Shown: piece by piece, positions 47,258 to 61,686 of the stretch
Numbering within the stretch: the stretch's first letter is position 1
How the letters are laid out: every line of letters begins with the position of its first letter
Assembly (NCBI GenBank): GCA_051047955.1
Contig: JBPGPT010000012.1
Span: 372,001-436,000 of the forward strand
Reading direction: 5' to 3'
DNA from: Cystobasidiomycetes sp. EMM_F5
Taxonomy: Eukaryota
Length of the DNA stretch: 64,000 nt
The notes under the pieces: model-generated
Told to the model about the DNA's origin: nothing
Databases searched by the model: none
The model's input: only the letters and a program-made list of their open reading frames with translations
Translations under genes and position numbers: made by a program

Positions 47258-48585
47258 ATGTTCACCTCGTCCGTTCAGCTCTTCGTTGCAGGCGTCATCC
47301 TTACTCTGTCTCCCCTCGGAGCTGCGTCCTCGTAAGTCATCAGTGTGTACATAGATAACATGATGAGCTGATGCATCTTCATTAGTCTCCAATCGAGGGC
47401 TGCTTCAGGTGACATCCCACAGTGCCCAGACGGCAGTAGCTGGCAGAGTTACAGCGACGACTTCAAGTCTATGAACGCGGACTTCTGGGTGCCAACTGAT
47501 GGCATGTCTGCAGACTCTGTCACATACGATTCTGTAAATGGCGGCGCGACTTTCAAGATTGTGGAGAAGCAGGTGAGTTTCACTAACGCAACGTTAATCC
47601 TTCCGACTACTGACATTTGAAGGGTCGGGCGTTAGCTATGGGCATTGATCAACTCAACGACAGCGTGAGAATCGTGCGATTGAGAATACGGCATCATGTT
47701 GACGCATGTCAAACTCGCAGGTGGCAACCTCCTCTCAATCTTTCCATCAAGATACAGACTTCCGATGCGCCAGGCTTAGTCTCGCAGCTAGCTTTTCGTG
47801 ACGAAACAAATGCGCATTACGAGGTTCGTAGGGTAGCTGATGGCGCACACGCTATGACGCCGCAACTAACGTTATTTGCAGGTGGATCTCGAGATTGTTC
47901 ATGATGGATACGAACTTCCCATCTGGCACCCGAATCCCAAGAACGCCAGCGCTCCATCCGTTAAGCTTTCGCTAAACAAGGATGCGAATGCAAATACGGA
48001 ACTTCAGTACATTCTGGGTACTGCAAAGGACAGCGATAGAGCCTGGCACTACTCGCATACCGGCTGGGCTGCTTCCCAAATGTTGACATACAGTATGCAG
48101 TGGCGGGAAGACTACATCGCCTGGTGGGTAGACGTGGATGTGCCACAGGCAGACTCGTCGGCCCGCGTGACCTTCAGGAAAACAAGTAGCACCGTTGATT
48201 TCCCGAAGACACCGCTGCGTGAGTACATCAGCCATACATACTTTGATGATTGCTTAATGATGCTTGTATAGCTCTCCATCTGGGCTTATGGGGACTGCAA
48301 CCGGGGAGCACCTGGGCCGGAGCTCTTGACTGGACCAAAGCAGAGTCCTACCAGATGACTGCCAAAGACCTGCAGATTGTGGGCTGCAAGAGTAATCAGC
48401 CTTTCCTCCCAGGTGGCGTTGCGCCGTCGCAAACAAGTATCTCAACCACTGGCAGCACTAGCACGAGCGTAGCTTCTTCCTCTGTCGCGTCATCATTAAC
48501 TTCCACTACGGCGGCTGCCTCAAGTACGACTCGGCGTACGCATTGGCCACCTCGCAGACTTCGAAAGCATCGATTCTGGGTATGA
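47258..48585 (+). CDS. Secreted glycoside hydrolase family 16-like protein (paralog 1), Ser/Thr tail
   Basis: Signal peptide MFTSSVQLFVAGVILTLSPLGAAS, CPDG..W.SYSDDF, catalytic E|VDLE, YSMQWREDYIAWWVD and PGSTWAG. Confidence 0.78.
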
Positions 48586-48936
48586 TGTTGAGGCACGTTA
48601 GCAACTGATATTTGACAAACCATTGGCTTCGGGATACGTATTATAGCATGTCGCTGTTTTCATCGTAGTTTTGGCAGTTGGACTGGCGGGAAATACGAAG
48701 GATTTCAGGTGCTTACGTTTACCGAGCCCTTCTGCACTGCCATTGTCGGAACAGACGTCACCTGCCACTGACTTCGCCCGACGGTCTTGACGATATGACA
48801 GGTATACTGACCAAGCGAGAGCTTACAGCGAGCACCGCGCCCACTGTATATATTCCTCACCAAGCCGAGAGCTGTTGTACCCATATCGTACAGGTTGTGT
48901 CTGCTCACTGCCAAATCTACCGCTCGCATTGGGACA

Positions 48937-50036
48937 ATGCGTGCACCTCCTGCAATCAGCGCTCTCATCATAGGAGCTGTCAACGTAGCCGTGGGCACCG
49001 CTGCATATGCAGTCGCTCTTCCTTCGCCATCGGACTCGCCGAATAACGAAACATTCTCGGATATGGTCCCTCGCGCGAAGTGTCCAGATGGACAGGACTA
49101 TTCATCCTTTGACGAAGACTTCCGCAGTATAGGCCCCAATCTCTGGACAATCGATTCGGGTGCTAGCGGTATAAAAGCTAGCAGCGATGGCCTAATCTTG
49201 ACCCTTTCGAAAGAGATGGTAAGTTTCGATCTGTTCACGCTAGGGCAAAACCAACGCATATGTTCCTGTAGGGAGGATCTGGGGGTATCGTTCTTGCCTC
49301 ACGTGCATCGTGCGTACTGTCCTGCGTACTGTGGGCTTTGCTACTTAAGGCTGAAGAACCTTGCGACAGGTGGGGACCTCCGATGACCATGTCCGTTCAG
49401 ATCGCGACGGGCGGCGAGTCTGGTGCGGTCTATCCTTTCATTTTAAAGGGCGCTGGTACGAGCGGTGAGGAGGTGAGTTTGTCGGACAAAGTTTGCTCCC
49501 TTACTCACCCAAGCCGCTAATCCCGGCTCATGTCGTCGAAAATGATGCTGCCAGATTGATCTAGAGATCACGGAGGATGACTTTCAGCTACCTGTATGGA
49601 AGGATGGAAGTAACAGGCTTACGAAAAATGGAAAGGAAGCGGGGAGTGGAGCCAAAGACCTAAAGCAAACCCTGTACAACGGGGTGCGAGAGGAGAGTAT
49701 ATACAAGTACACCTACAGTGGCTACAACCCGCGCAAATGGACGACATATAAGCTACACTGGACCAGCAAGTCGATTACCTGGAGCATTGATGGGAAGAAG
49801 CGGGTAGTGTTCGCCAAGCGGAGTGATAAATTCCCGACTGGTCCATTACGTGAGTGGCCAGTGATGTGTGTTCTATACGTACTGTCACACTGAAAGGCAA
49901 TAACGCAGCCATCAGATTTGGTCCGTGGGCAGCTCAGCCAGGATCAACGTGGGCCGGCAAAGCGCCAGCTGATTGGCAGGATCAGCCTGTTATGAAGATT
50001 CGGAATTTGAAAGTGAAGGGATGTAAGACCCGTTAG
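48937..50036 (+). CDS. Secreted glycoside hydrolase family 16-like protein (paralog 2)
   Basis: Signal peptide, CPDG..Y.SFDEDF, catalytic E|IDLE, YKLHWTSKSITWSIDG and PGSTWAG. Confidence 0.8.
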
Positions 50037-50165
50037 GTAGTACGATTTAGCTGGATTAGTGACTGTAGCTGTATGTACGCCGTGGAGAGTATGGATGAGG
50101 CTTCCGCTGTTATTGGGTGTTATACCACCAACAACTGCCAGTCTCGACTTTGTCCCGACCAAATC

Positions 50166-51773
50166 ATGGAAGCAATTCTGAAGGAACTGAGCAAGCTCGA
50201 GTCCAAGACCTGGTGTTCTTCTGACAATATTGACGCTGTCCAGGCAAGCATCGATGCCTTGGAGCGGTGGAAAGCGGCACTCGAAGCCAATACCGGTACG
50301 CGTTCAGTAAATCTGAGCTGACGTTACCGCAGGGCAGCAGCTGAGTTCTGCATGTTCAGATGACCTAGAAGCGCTTGAGGCTATCGCTGATGACGCGGTC
50401 GAAAAGAGCGAGTCGGTTACTACCAAGCTGACCGAGACATCGAAAGAGTGGTCGACCGCTTGGACGAAATACAGCAAGAGTATAGACAAGGTAGTTATAA
50501 TCCGCCATTTATAGTTTAGGATCCATTCTAATGGCAGCCTTTCCTCGAATGAATCAGAAATTCAGTACAGACCTAACACCCCTCTTACCGGTAGCGGCGG
50601 TTGATGCCGACGATGGCGACACCTCTCACCTATTCTTCGAGTCCAGGCAGAGTAAGAAGGTCATAGACAACGTGTTGGCTGCGCACTTCGCCCGCTCTGG
50701 TAAAGACAAGCTGACCAATGTCTTTGTATCGGTACGTACGGTCCGCACAATATAATCGATGCTCGAAGTGTTGACAAGACATAAAGGAGACTGGGACCTC
50801 TTTACCGCGAGAGCAAGTGCAGCACTTCGCAAAACTACACCACATCACAGATGCTATTCGCAAGGCAGATCTCGGTCCAGCTCTGAGATGGGCTGACGAG
50901 CACAGACAATTTCTCGCGCAGAGAGGCTCATTACTCGAATACTACCTACATCGATCGCATTTTGTGCGCATACTCCTCTCCGACTTCTTCCCGCTAGCGT
51001 CTGCGGTCGTCTGCACTAGCGGTTCCACCGCAATCGGCACAGCTCAGATGAATGGCGCCATGCATGAGCGTCCGTCCACACGAGGGGCGCACGCAGCTAT
51101 CCGATACGTCCGGCAACATGCCAATGTATTCTATTCTCCACATGCGCCCGCCAACGAAGTGTCACGACTCATGGCTTCAACCCTATTCCTCCCGCTCGAA
51201 CGACTCTGCTCCTCGCCTTACGCGGACCTGTATATCTCGGCGGATGATGCCATAAATGCTGCATCCATCAGCGATACATCGCCTGCAGATGTGATGGACA
51301 CGCTCTCCCGCACACGGCAGCTTGTCGATGCATTCTCATCAGAATACTGCATCATGTTGAATATGTCAAAGGACCTGCCGCTCAAGATTGTGACTGACAT
51401 CGGCGGAGGCAGCGCGCTGGCCAAGATCGCCAAGGTACGCGGCGTCATGAAGGAAAAGCGAACAGAATGGACGACCACACAAGAACTCCCGGTCGAGATA
51501 CCTCTGCCGCCGGAATATCGGTATCATTCGGTCTTTGCATGCCCTGTCAGCAAGGAGCAAGCGACAGACGCAAACCCGCCAATGATGATGCCCTGTGGCC
51601 ATGTTGTTGCTGATCAGACGCTCCAGCGGTTGTGCAAAGGTGGAAAGTGCGTTACTTCCTCTACTGTAGTATGCGCAGCAGAAGCACTGATGTTCAAAGC
51701 CTTCAGAAATGTGCGTTGTCCCTATTGCCCCCTAAGTTCTGCTGTTAGTCAGGCTATTCGAGTATATCTATAG
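50166..51773 (+). CDS. RMD5: GID/CTLH E3 ligase RING subunit Rmd5/Gid2
   Basis: CTLH region (DLGPALRWA...LEYYLHR), ELPVEIPLP...YHSVFACPVSKEQ...NPPMMMPCGHV and CPYCP. Confidence 0.92.
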
Positions 51774-51961
51774 CATTGCAGTCTCCTCCCGATGTAGCCA
51801 CCATCTCGTATCTCGCAATAATTTAGTCGTTGTCATTCTCCACATGTATCACCTTTACAGCGGTTTATGGATATTTAGTACAACGAGATCAAGCTGTGAT
51901 AATCACGCCAGCGTGTAAAGATAAGATAAGCGTTGTTCAAAGGCTGTGGCCGTAACTGTCC

Positions 51962-54900
51962 TCAATTCGTAGTATCGTCTGGCCCTTCATAATCTTCCGT
52001 TGCAAAAGCGTGCTGGGATAGCTCGGCAGCCGTCGGACGCTCGTTATGATCCCTGTGTCGGGGAAAGGTCCAATCAGAGGTGACCATCGACACCGCTGTA
52101 CGACTCACATTTTGAAAGTTAAGTCCAAGAATGCTTGCCCGTCTGCAGAAAAGTCGGACGGGATTGCAGGTCTGGCGTCTTTGGCTGACCCAATCTGCGC
52201 GGCAACGTTAGTAAGACTCGAGTACCAGTCATCGCAACATACCTTGAAAATAGCCTGCATTTGGGTTAATTCCATCCAGGGGTGATTGCCGGTAAACATT
52301 TCGACGATAAGACACCCTAGCGACCAAATGTCTGCCTTGGCAGTGTGACTTGTCTGTTTGACCACTTCAGGTGCCATCCAGAACACTGAGCCCTGCAGAG
52401 ACGGGCGATGCAAGCGAGATTGAGATGGTGCTAACAGGCTCTCCTCAACCTTCTTTGATATGCCAAAATCCGAAATCTTGATTACTCCACGATTATCTAC
52501 CAAGATGTTGCCGCCTTTGATGTCTCTATGGATGATATCGTTCTCGTGTAGATAAGCTAGACCTTGCAGGATCTGGCGCACAAATGTGCGTATCAAAGCT
52601 TCTCCAAACGCACCAAGCGTCGAAAGCAGGTGCGCAACAGAACCGCCTGGCACGTACTCCAGGAAAATATGGAGATGCTTGCCGTCGGAGTGCGAGTCTG
52701 CAAATGATAGAAAGGCTCAACACTGTGCTCGGTGTCTTGCAGACTCATCGTACTTACCCAAGTACTGCACAATGTTAGGATGCGACATAACCTTCAACAA
52801 CTCAATCTCGCGCTCCAAAGCACCGAGCATACTTTTCTTGCGTTCCTCGTTGTGAGAATGCCCTGTCGGCAGCTCGACTTGCTTGACCGCCATGAAGCTG
52901 CCGTTGAGCGCATGCATGCCGAGATACACCTCCCCAAAAGAACCCGCCCCGATCAAGGCACCTTTGACCCATCGCAGATTCGGCTTTTCTGATTGACGGT
53001 ATGTTTGATCAGTGTCAATTAAGCCGGAATTTTGCAGCAGACTCACTCGGCTTGACGGTGACTGTGACAGGAACGTCCAAGTCTTGTCCGTCTTCCTCCT
53101 GTTCCTCTTCAATATCCTCGTCGCTGGCATCATCCTCAGTAGTCACGTTTTCTTCATCCTCTTCATCGATAACGTCTTCTTCGTCAGAATCGGGACTGCG
53201 CACGCTTCCTGACGAAGTATCTGCGAGGTTGCTTGTGGCGGCTATGGTATCGCTGATTGTGGAATCTTGGCTGCCGTCTCCGATTGTCGCCAAGTCGCTT
53301 GCCTGGTCCGCGAAGATACTGATTCGACTAGCGCGACGCTTCTCTAGGTCTTCCGTGATTTCCTCTACTGTGAGAATGCTTGCAGTATCAGAGTCACGAT
53401 TACTTTTTGCATGACTCCAGACACTGAGCCGGCTGGATGGTCTTGTTCGAGAAGTACGTCGAGTAGCTTGGCTTGCAAGACTGCGTACATCGACAGGTGG
53501 CTCTTCCTCTTCATCGCTATTGACGCTGATGCTTGGTGCTGTCGAATTTGTTGAAAGATGTGATTTGAACGGAGGACGCAGAGGCGAGGCAGCATTGTCA
53601 TCCATGTATCTGAGAGCAAGATCCTTGCTGGGTAACGGCGGTATCGTATCGATACTGCCACGATGATCTGACCCAGCCGAGCTGACAGAGAATCTTGACA
53701 CACCTAAACCGGCTAGACTTTGCGAATCTCTACTTGCATCCCAGCTGGTCTTGCCGATAGATGCGGCTCCGTATCCACTCTCCCTTCGCATCATGGACTT
53801 GCGCATCTGATTCTTGACAGTGCGAGACATGTGCTTCTTCTCCGTGGCTGCATTAGGGAAATACTCTACCAGATGGCTTGTGATGAGCTCTGAAGGCGGT
53901 CTTTGACCAAAAAAACTTCGCAATTTTTGGTGATTGAGGAAGCCTGCAGTCTGCGAGCGGCTTTGTGGCTGCGAAGACGCGGCTGTCCCCGCAGCGCCTC
54001 CCCAGCCAAGACTTGACATGAAGCTCGTTGTGCTTGCACGATGCATTGTATTCCTTTGCGGCTGGAGTCTACCAGCATTTTTGCCGGACAGCTCTTCAGT
54101 TGATGGCGTCGACGGCGTGGGAGAGGCTGGCTCGTTTGACCTTGCACTTGGAACAATTGACACGTCGAGCATACCATTTGGTGAAGTGGGCGACACACTT
54201 GCGTTGATATCTTCGCCGAAGAAGTTTCGCAGCTTGCGCGCCTTGTGCACTCGAACCTCTTCTGGCGATGAAGGTATTGTATGCGGTCGCCGTAAGTACA
54301 GACCTCGAGCTCTTTCAGGCCGATCAGCGGAGTGGCAGATTGCCATGAGATCTGATTCCGTAATGTTGTGCACTACAAAGAGACGATTGAGCATGATCAT
54401 AATGCACAGATCACCCTGCATAACTCACTCGAAGCCCCTGAAGTCCCAGCGTCAGCGTATATCTGCCAGCCTTCCATCTCGGCATAAGGGTCTCCATCGG
54501 CATCTCGACTGCGATTCTTGTCCACAACGGGAAGATCCTTGATGCCGAGTTTGCCAAATTTGCGCAGGGCTCTGAGCATGACTTCGTATGCATCCCTCGC
54601 TCCGTCTACATTGACCATCTTGCTGACCCCGTCATCGCCTACGAATTTTACAGTCTTACGCATCACATCTTCAAGTGGTATGGCTTGCCCGGCACCTCCG
54701 ACCCCTACAGCCGTCACGGAAACCGTGCCAGCAGAGGTAGACGGACGTGCGAAACTTCCCTTGCCCACACTATATCCTTGATTTTGCAATTGCTGCTTGG
54801 TCAAGGGTTGTATAGACGATGGATGATTCGACAGCTGGCCGGAATATCCGTATTCGGAGCTTATCGGACTGCTGTTACCAGAGTGGCTCTCGGATATCGG

Positions 54901-56174
54901 CGACAAGCCATTGACATGCGAAGGTTTCAGCGCACGAAGGTCGCTCCGCACAGGCGCGGTGCCAGGTCTGCCCGATCCTCGCGTGACGTTAGAGGACGTA
55001 GAGTTATTCGACAGGCCGCCAGCATCATCACTGCCGCCATATCCAAAGGCATGAGTCTGATATACTGCTCCAGATGTGGATGGCCTTTGCATCCCTATAT
55101 TTTTTCGCAAGTCATTAGCTAGACCCCCTTGTCCAGTCAGACGGGCAAGTGTGGTGGGAGATGCGGCAGTGGTAGATATCGTGGGTGCAGTGCTGGAAGT
55201 CTGCTGATACCGTATAGATGGTTGCAAAGCGCTGGCAGTGTGAACGCCAACTGGTCGCGATCCGCCTGGTGCGGGCGGCAGGGGATGGTTCAAGCTGACT
55301 GGAGAGCGAGACGCAGGCGAAGTGATCATTCCAAAGGCGTGACTCTCGCCAGTGGTAAGCAGAGAAGCCGATGTATTGTTATTGCTTGATGAGCGAGAAC
55401 CGTAATGAGCTACGCTCGGGGCCTCGCCTGCGGGATTCGCGTGAGTGAGCGGCTGATACGCCTGCGGCAAGCGCGATTCGGACTTTGAAGATGAGTTCAA
55501 GTGCAGAGGCGGCGGTATGCGATGTGCGGATTTGCCAGCGCTGCCCCGCCTGGCAATTTGAGCTTGGGCAACAACGGCATCTCCGCCTGGACTGCCTACA
55601 GAGCCTGTAGGCGATGGTGGGACGCCTGCATTCTCCGTTCTTCGTATGCTATTGCTGCGGAGGGATGTGATTGACGGGCTGTGTTGTAATGGTCGTCTCG
55701 CATTCAACAATTGCGTCTCCCTGGCTGCTAGGCAAGCTTGGCGGAGCTTCTTCACCGCGACGCATATCTTTATGCGTTCTCCTACCTGTGATCAATTGAC
55801 AATAGATTAGTTCATTGTCGATTGTGCAATATCAGCGCGTCACACACGCTATTCACGCCCATCTCTTTGAGCGCCTGCTGGTCGATGTCGAGCAATACAT
55901 CTCCGCGAATGTCATTTACGGAGAAGGTATGGGCATGCGTCCCGCATTTGTTATCCGCCAGCCATCGCGACACCTCAGCGTCAGTCCACGACTTGATATA
56001 ATCCAGGTACGTGCGCCCAGCGAGGTCAGGTTCGGACAGAATAGCCAGTCCAGCGATATTACCCGAGCTGTTGATGGTCACGGAAGGGTTGGAGGAGCTG
56101 GATGTGATGCTGCGGGGCGATGAATTGGACCTCCCGGCATTCATGGCGTACGAGCTGGCGACTGCCGCTGCCAT
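51962..56174 (-). CDS. STE11: MAP kinase kinase kinase Ste11 (SAM + Ras-association-like + kinase)
   Basis: SAM domain (WTDAEVSRWL...NDIRGDVLL), FFGQRPPSELI, WVKGALIGAGSFG, MAVKQVELP, HRDIKGGNILVDN, KISDFGISKK and SLQGSVFWMAPEVVKQ. Confidence 0.95.
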
Positions 56175-56433
56175 GTTTGTATTGAGCCTGCTATGGTCGC
56201 ATATCCTCAGAGTGCACGCTCATCATCCTCATATCCACGGCGTCACAGCATAATTCCGTGCATTGCAGAATCGCAGCATACCCGCAAATTGACCACACAA
56301 TGAGAAGCAGCTGCGGTGGCGACAATAAGCGGTCTATTACAAGCTATTTGCATCTAGAAATCAGGCATTGTGGGATACAACTCTGGTCTCCACTAGTATT
56401 ACACAGACAGCGCTGGCAAACGTGTTGTCTCGA

Positions 56434-57574
56434 CTAGAAAATCACATCCTCGTCCTTGTCCTGGCTGAGGATGTCTCCGCCGTGCTGCATGTTCGGGTCC
56501 ATATCCCCCAACGTCTCCTTGCCTGCAGTAGCTTTGGTAGCGCGGTCTGCGTCGCTTTCAGCTTGCCGCCTCTTCTTGGCTGCAGAGACCTTCTTGAGTC
56601 GGAAGAATTCCTCCCTGTCCATCTCGTCCAGTTCACTATTGATATACTTGATGGTGTTTTCAAGTCTGGGAATAACGACGTGTTCGAGCGCGTTCACTCT
56701 GCGATTTGTCATTCGGATCACTTCGTCGAGAATGACAAAGGCCGTCTGTTGTGGCCTCGGTTAGCTCATGCAGTATCTTGTCACAGCACAGTCTGCGTAC
56801 CTGCAAGGAAGCAAGTTCTACGAGCGTTTCGACTGCTTTCGCATACGTCTCGCGACATTTCTGGACCTGTTGTCCACCTCTGCCCAGTCCTGTCAGAGTA
56901 AAATCGTTTCCACCGCCTTCACCATTCTTCCTTCGTTGGACTTCGAAGGCTGGCAGAATTACACCCGACACGTTCTCCTGCTTGCTACTGACTTGCAGTG
57001 TAGCCTGAGACGCTGCTTCTTGAACCAAGTATGAGATGTCGCCAGTTGCATACGTCACTTCGGCCAGGGAGAATGCGGCCAATTGCATTATGCGACCCAT
57101 CTTCATCTTTGCCTGCACGTGCATTCATCGAGAGTTTAGCGTATTCACTGGCAGCGTCCGCACCGCCGGCCTACATCAGCTATCTTGGCGGTGATAGTCC
57201 TGAAGCGTTTCGTCAATGCATCCGCCTTCTTCTCTGCAGTAGAACGTTAGCAGCAAGGTACAATCTTTGTAGACCAGCAGCTCAACATACTCAATAACGA
57301 ATGGCCAGTCTGTGCTCCCTTGACCCTAGTCTTGATGACCTGGAGGTTCATCCGCGCTGCGAGCACAAAGAGTCAATACGCTTAGTCTTCGGATCCATAC
57401 GACCTCCATTACTTGGAAACACATTCTCTCGCGGTCCTGTTCCATTGCGAAAGGTGCGAGCCAGCAATGACCAAATCCCAGCCAATTCACAAGCAGGCAG
57501 CCGTCAGCGATACGGTGTTAGACCAGCCTGTCAGTCGCGCTGGCTTTCTGAGTAGCCATACCTGCTCCAGACAT
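56434..57574 (-). CDS. VMA8: V-type ATPase V1 subunit D
   Basis: [17 protein letters not shown]...[42 protein letters not shown] and [15 protein letters not shown]. Confidence 0.96.
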
Positions 57575-57788
57575 GGTTTACAGCGTCCAGACAGGTGTTT
57601 TCGGACTTAGCCTCGCCAATTCGTTGGCAATCAAGCTGCGTCAATCCCAAACATGGGCAAGTCTTCTTTGCGATAATTGCCGACTACGAGCTATGCGATA
57701 TGGACACTCATGACCGATGATTACACCCTGCCAATGTGCTGCATACCATGATATTCTGCTTTCCAAGCTCAGCTAACATTCGGTCAAC

Positions 57789-59706
57789 ATGGACATCGAT
57801 GACGCTGCTGCAAGCGGAACAATCAGCAACGCGCCTGGCCGGGCAAGCATGGACGTCGACGGCGTGGATGCAGAAAGCAACAGCGCCCAGTCAACCCTGA
57901 TGTCTGCTCAGGAGTCTTACGAGGAAGCTTCCTATGATGCCGCGAACCATACAAACGACGATGCTCCAGATTCGTACTTCCACCGCATCGCAGCGCGCAG
58001 AGACATACTGAAGAGTCGCCGTGCGCAACCCAAGGCCGCTTCCCCGCGAAACTACACTTTTACGTCAATGTATTCCGTACCGCACCAGAATATCAGCGTC
58101 AATGCTATCGCCCTCCCTACCTGCTGCTCACATGTCTTTTCCGGCGGATCTGATGGCTTTATACGAAAATACTCGTGGTATTCCTCTATACGTCGGAAAG
58201 GGTCTGGCCCACAAAGTCCCATCATCAAAGGCTACTGGGAAAATCCGTCTATCCAAACGCTCGAGAATCTTGCTGTAGGAGACGTATCCCGTGCCCGCTT
58301 TGGGCCAGCACAGATCACTGGCACTGTTGCAAGCGCCGTCGCAGTTCACAGTCTAGTCGTACAACAGGAAGAAATGTTCGCTTTGGCAGGGAGCGCCGAG
58401 GGCGTTGTCAATCTCTTCGGTGTCCGTCTGGACGAGGGGCAGTGTCGTGCTTCTCTGGGTCTTTCGGGTGGACGCAATCATGAGAGAAACAAACCCGTGT
58501 CTGCGCTCGCGTTAACGAGAGACGAGCAGGGCGTAGTGAGCGGGGCTTGGGATTCGCAAATACTAGTAAGATCCGACCTGAAAAGCCGCAGATACTCGCC
58601 TGATGTACAGTCACAACTAGCACTGGGACCTAAATAACGGCAAATGTACACGCGCTTTTGTCGGCCATACTTCGCAGATCTGTGCTATCAAATTCAGACC
58701 AGGCGAAGGCAGCACGCAGGCATCAATGCAATCCGGTCGCGAAAATAGCGATGCGGAAACAGATGCAGACGCTGAGGCTGAGGCGGAGGCCGAGGACGAG
58801 ACGCCTTCCTTCCGTGCTGTCGATAATGCCAAACTAGGCGAGACCTCCGGAACTAATGGGGCTACTACATCATACGAGCAAATGTTTGACGACGCCAGTA
58901 GTGGAGATATTACCTCCAGACATGTCCATAAGGATAGCGGGCCATCGGAAATCAAGTATCCTCGAAGCGCAGGCAAGCTCAGCATGGCGGCCACTCTTGC
59001 GCTAACTGGGGGAGACCCATCGACAGTTGTACCTGTTCCCCCGGCGCTACCCGATGTTACAAGACCCGTGATTCCGTCCTATACTGATCAGTCGCTGCCT
59101 GTCTTGTCGGAAGATGTCTTTGCTTCATCAGCCAGCGATGGCGAATGCCTGCTGTGGGATCTCCGGGCACCCGAAAACTCTGTCAGAAGGTTGGATCTGC
59201 CTAGAAACATTGCACCTTGGACAACTTCGGTGAACTATATACTTGATATCATGATTTACAACTGACTGACCCTATGAATTCGCAGCTCGCGTGGTCGCAT
59301 GACGGCAATACAATCATGCTCGGCCGTCGTGACGCACGCGTGGACATGTACGACCTGCGCAAATGCACTCATAGCACTCTACACCTTCCAAAAGACTCGG
59401 GCAGAGTCACATCCGTACTCCCGCTAGCGGACGGCCAAGTGCTGGTTGTGTCGACAGACACAGTAAGATTATGGGATGGAAGGCTTCACGAAACAAGCAA
59501 CAAGCCTAATGTCACAGTCATTCCGTCCATCAGCGGCGGGGCGACCACCTTAGGTAGGCTCGGAGGGTTGAAAATAAGATGAAGCCTGACTATATTTCGG
59601 ATGATCAGTCGCAGACGAGCAGGAAAAGTATCTTTTCGCCGCATACGGTCATCGCGGCTGGATGGACTCTGCAAGAGACGAGTTTACTGCATTTGAGATC
59701 AGCTAG
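57789..59706 (+). CDS. SPT8: SAGA complex WD40 subunit Spt8-like
   Basis: FSGGSDGFIRKY, GYWEN, AVHSL, GVVNLFGVRLDEGQ, SGAWD, an acidic insert, LWDLR, LPKDSGRVT and YGHRGW. Confidence 0.8.
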
Positions 59707-59919
59707 TCATGGTCGTGGGGCTGGATCAACTCTCGGGACCTGGAGAATCGCAGCAAACCGAAGTTTAGTCCACAGCATTTGATCTACGTGCTTGTTGTTG
59801 TACGCAGTCGTAGCGGGCACCACAACACCATCAATCCAAATAACAAGAAGAATCCTGCCTCTCTGCTCGACTACGATTTCTCACCCAAGTGGGCAGACTT
59901 TCGATTCATATGCGCTCCT

Positions 59920-61686
59920 CTAGTATGCGTGCGTAGCATATGGGTTGCCGTCAAATGGCTTCTCGTTGTTGTGAAGGTCCTCGTCACCATTGATGAGCGG
60001 CTTGGCCTGTTCAGCAAAGCAATTTAGTCGTGAGTCCGGAACTATTCGACGCATATAACAGTACCTTTGGCAAATCTGGGTTATGAGTCATCTCCTGAAG
60101 TATGTGAGTCTCGAAGCGCACTTCGGTATGTGCGCCGTGCTCGGGTCCGCCGTTTCTAGTAGTGACTGCGCCACTCTTAGTACCAAATCCGAAACGCGGG
60201 ATGCGGGAACGAGAACGAGCATCCTCTGGTTTAGCAGTTTGAAGTGTCTTGCGTGATGTGAGAGTATGAATCGCGCTAATTACGAAGCTGAAAGTAAGGC
60301 AGCATATGAGTCTCACGCTTGGCCACAACGCCAAAGCCGGGATAGATACGTACAGGCCGCCGATTAAAGTACCAGGAATCTGAGCTTGCATTTCGAGATC
60401 AGCCAGATGTAAAATACGCTCCGCTAGAACACAAGCGGTCTGTACTCGATCAAGCTCATCAGACGACACGCATAGACCACCGGCAAAATAACTGACCGTC
60501 AAAGCAGCCGTACGCAGCGACAAGGCGATAAAACCCGTCAGAAGACTTTTCGTCTGATCCCCGGCCCCTTTTGCTAGCATTTTGAACCTGGACCATTTCA
60601 CCTTTCAGCCCGTCAAATTCGTCTACCCGTAGCGCGGTACTTACTTCCATACGAGGACACTAGTGATGACCACGTCTCCGCTGAGCATTGCCCACCACCT
60701 TTTACGAATAAGTCAACAATCATAGAATTTTTGATAGAGCAATATTCGTGAAACAGAATCAGGTCTGAAACTTCCGAAAAGGTAAATAGTGATGGCATAC
60801 CAGATTTCTGGGAGGTATTTGACTGCGTTTATATCAGCTTTGCTCATAAACAGTCTGAGTTGAAAGGATCAGTCTCCAGCAGTCTTTCACCCAACGAGTA
60901 CAATGTTGACGAACAGATTCGTGACCTATAAGAATTTGGACGGGTCAGTGTCGATTCCCTTAATCGCCCGCTACAAAGGTCTACGAACCAGTCCGAAGCC
61001 GCCAGCGAAGCTCAGGGCGAGGATGGTCAAGACGAGCGCAAGGAAGTAGTAGTTTCGATTCAATGCTCTGAAGGCAATGCTACCGAAGAAGGCCTGCGAT
61101 GTGGCAGCAAGCAGAACACCTAGAGGTTTAAGCGGTTCATAGTCAGCCAACATGGCAGATTGGAGCTATTGGATCGGCTTACTGCACAACAGAGACAGAC
61201 TGTTGCTGTACACCATGTAAGAAGCATAAGAGGTTTAGTGCAAGCCCGCGTGGATTTGCCTTTGCTTTTTTCGCACCTGATATAGCTCTTGCCAACATCG
61301 TTCCAATCTCCAAAATGTAGGACGGATTTGTGCCAGGCTATCTCGAACAAGAGTCCGCTTTTGAGCCCGTTTAGAATCATAAGCCACACCACCATTCCTG
61401 GGGGGCATATGGATGAGTATGTCGACATGTTCTCCGGGAAATCGTGGAATATACCTTTCAACCATTTGGAATCGTCGGAGAAACTTTAAACAGAGTGCGT
61501 GCATGTAATGGTAAGCGGAGCCCAAAAAAGCACGCTGGTTATGGCCTCTTACAAGGAAAAATAGTCGTACGCCATCACGCAGCTGATGCCGAACAATCCC
61601 TGTTGCAATAGACTTCCGACAACTGCGGGCCCATTTCCTTCTATAACATCATCAATAGTAGATGCTGCAGGTCCTGGAGGTGCCAT
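59920..61686 (-). CDS. Multi-pass integral membrane protein (basidiomycete DUF6534-like)
   Basis: GPAVVGSLLQQGLFGISCVMAYDYF, HFGDW and SQAFFGSIAFR, with several TM exons. Exon structure is approximate. Confidence 0.6.
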
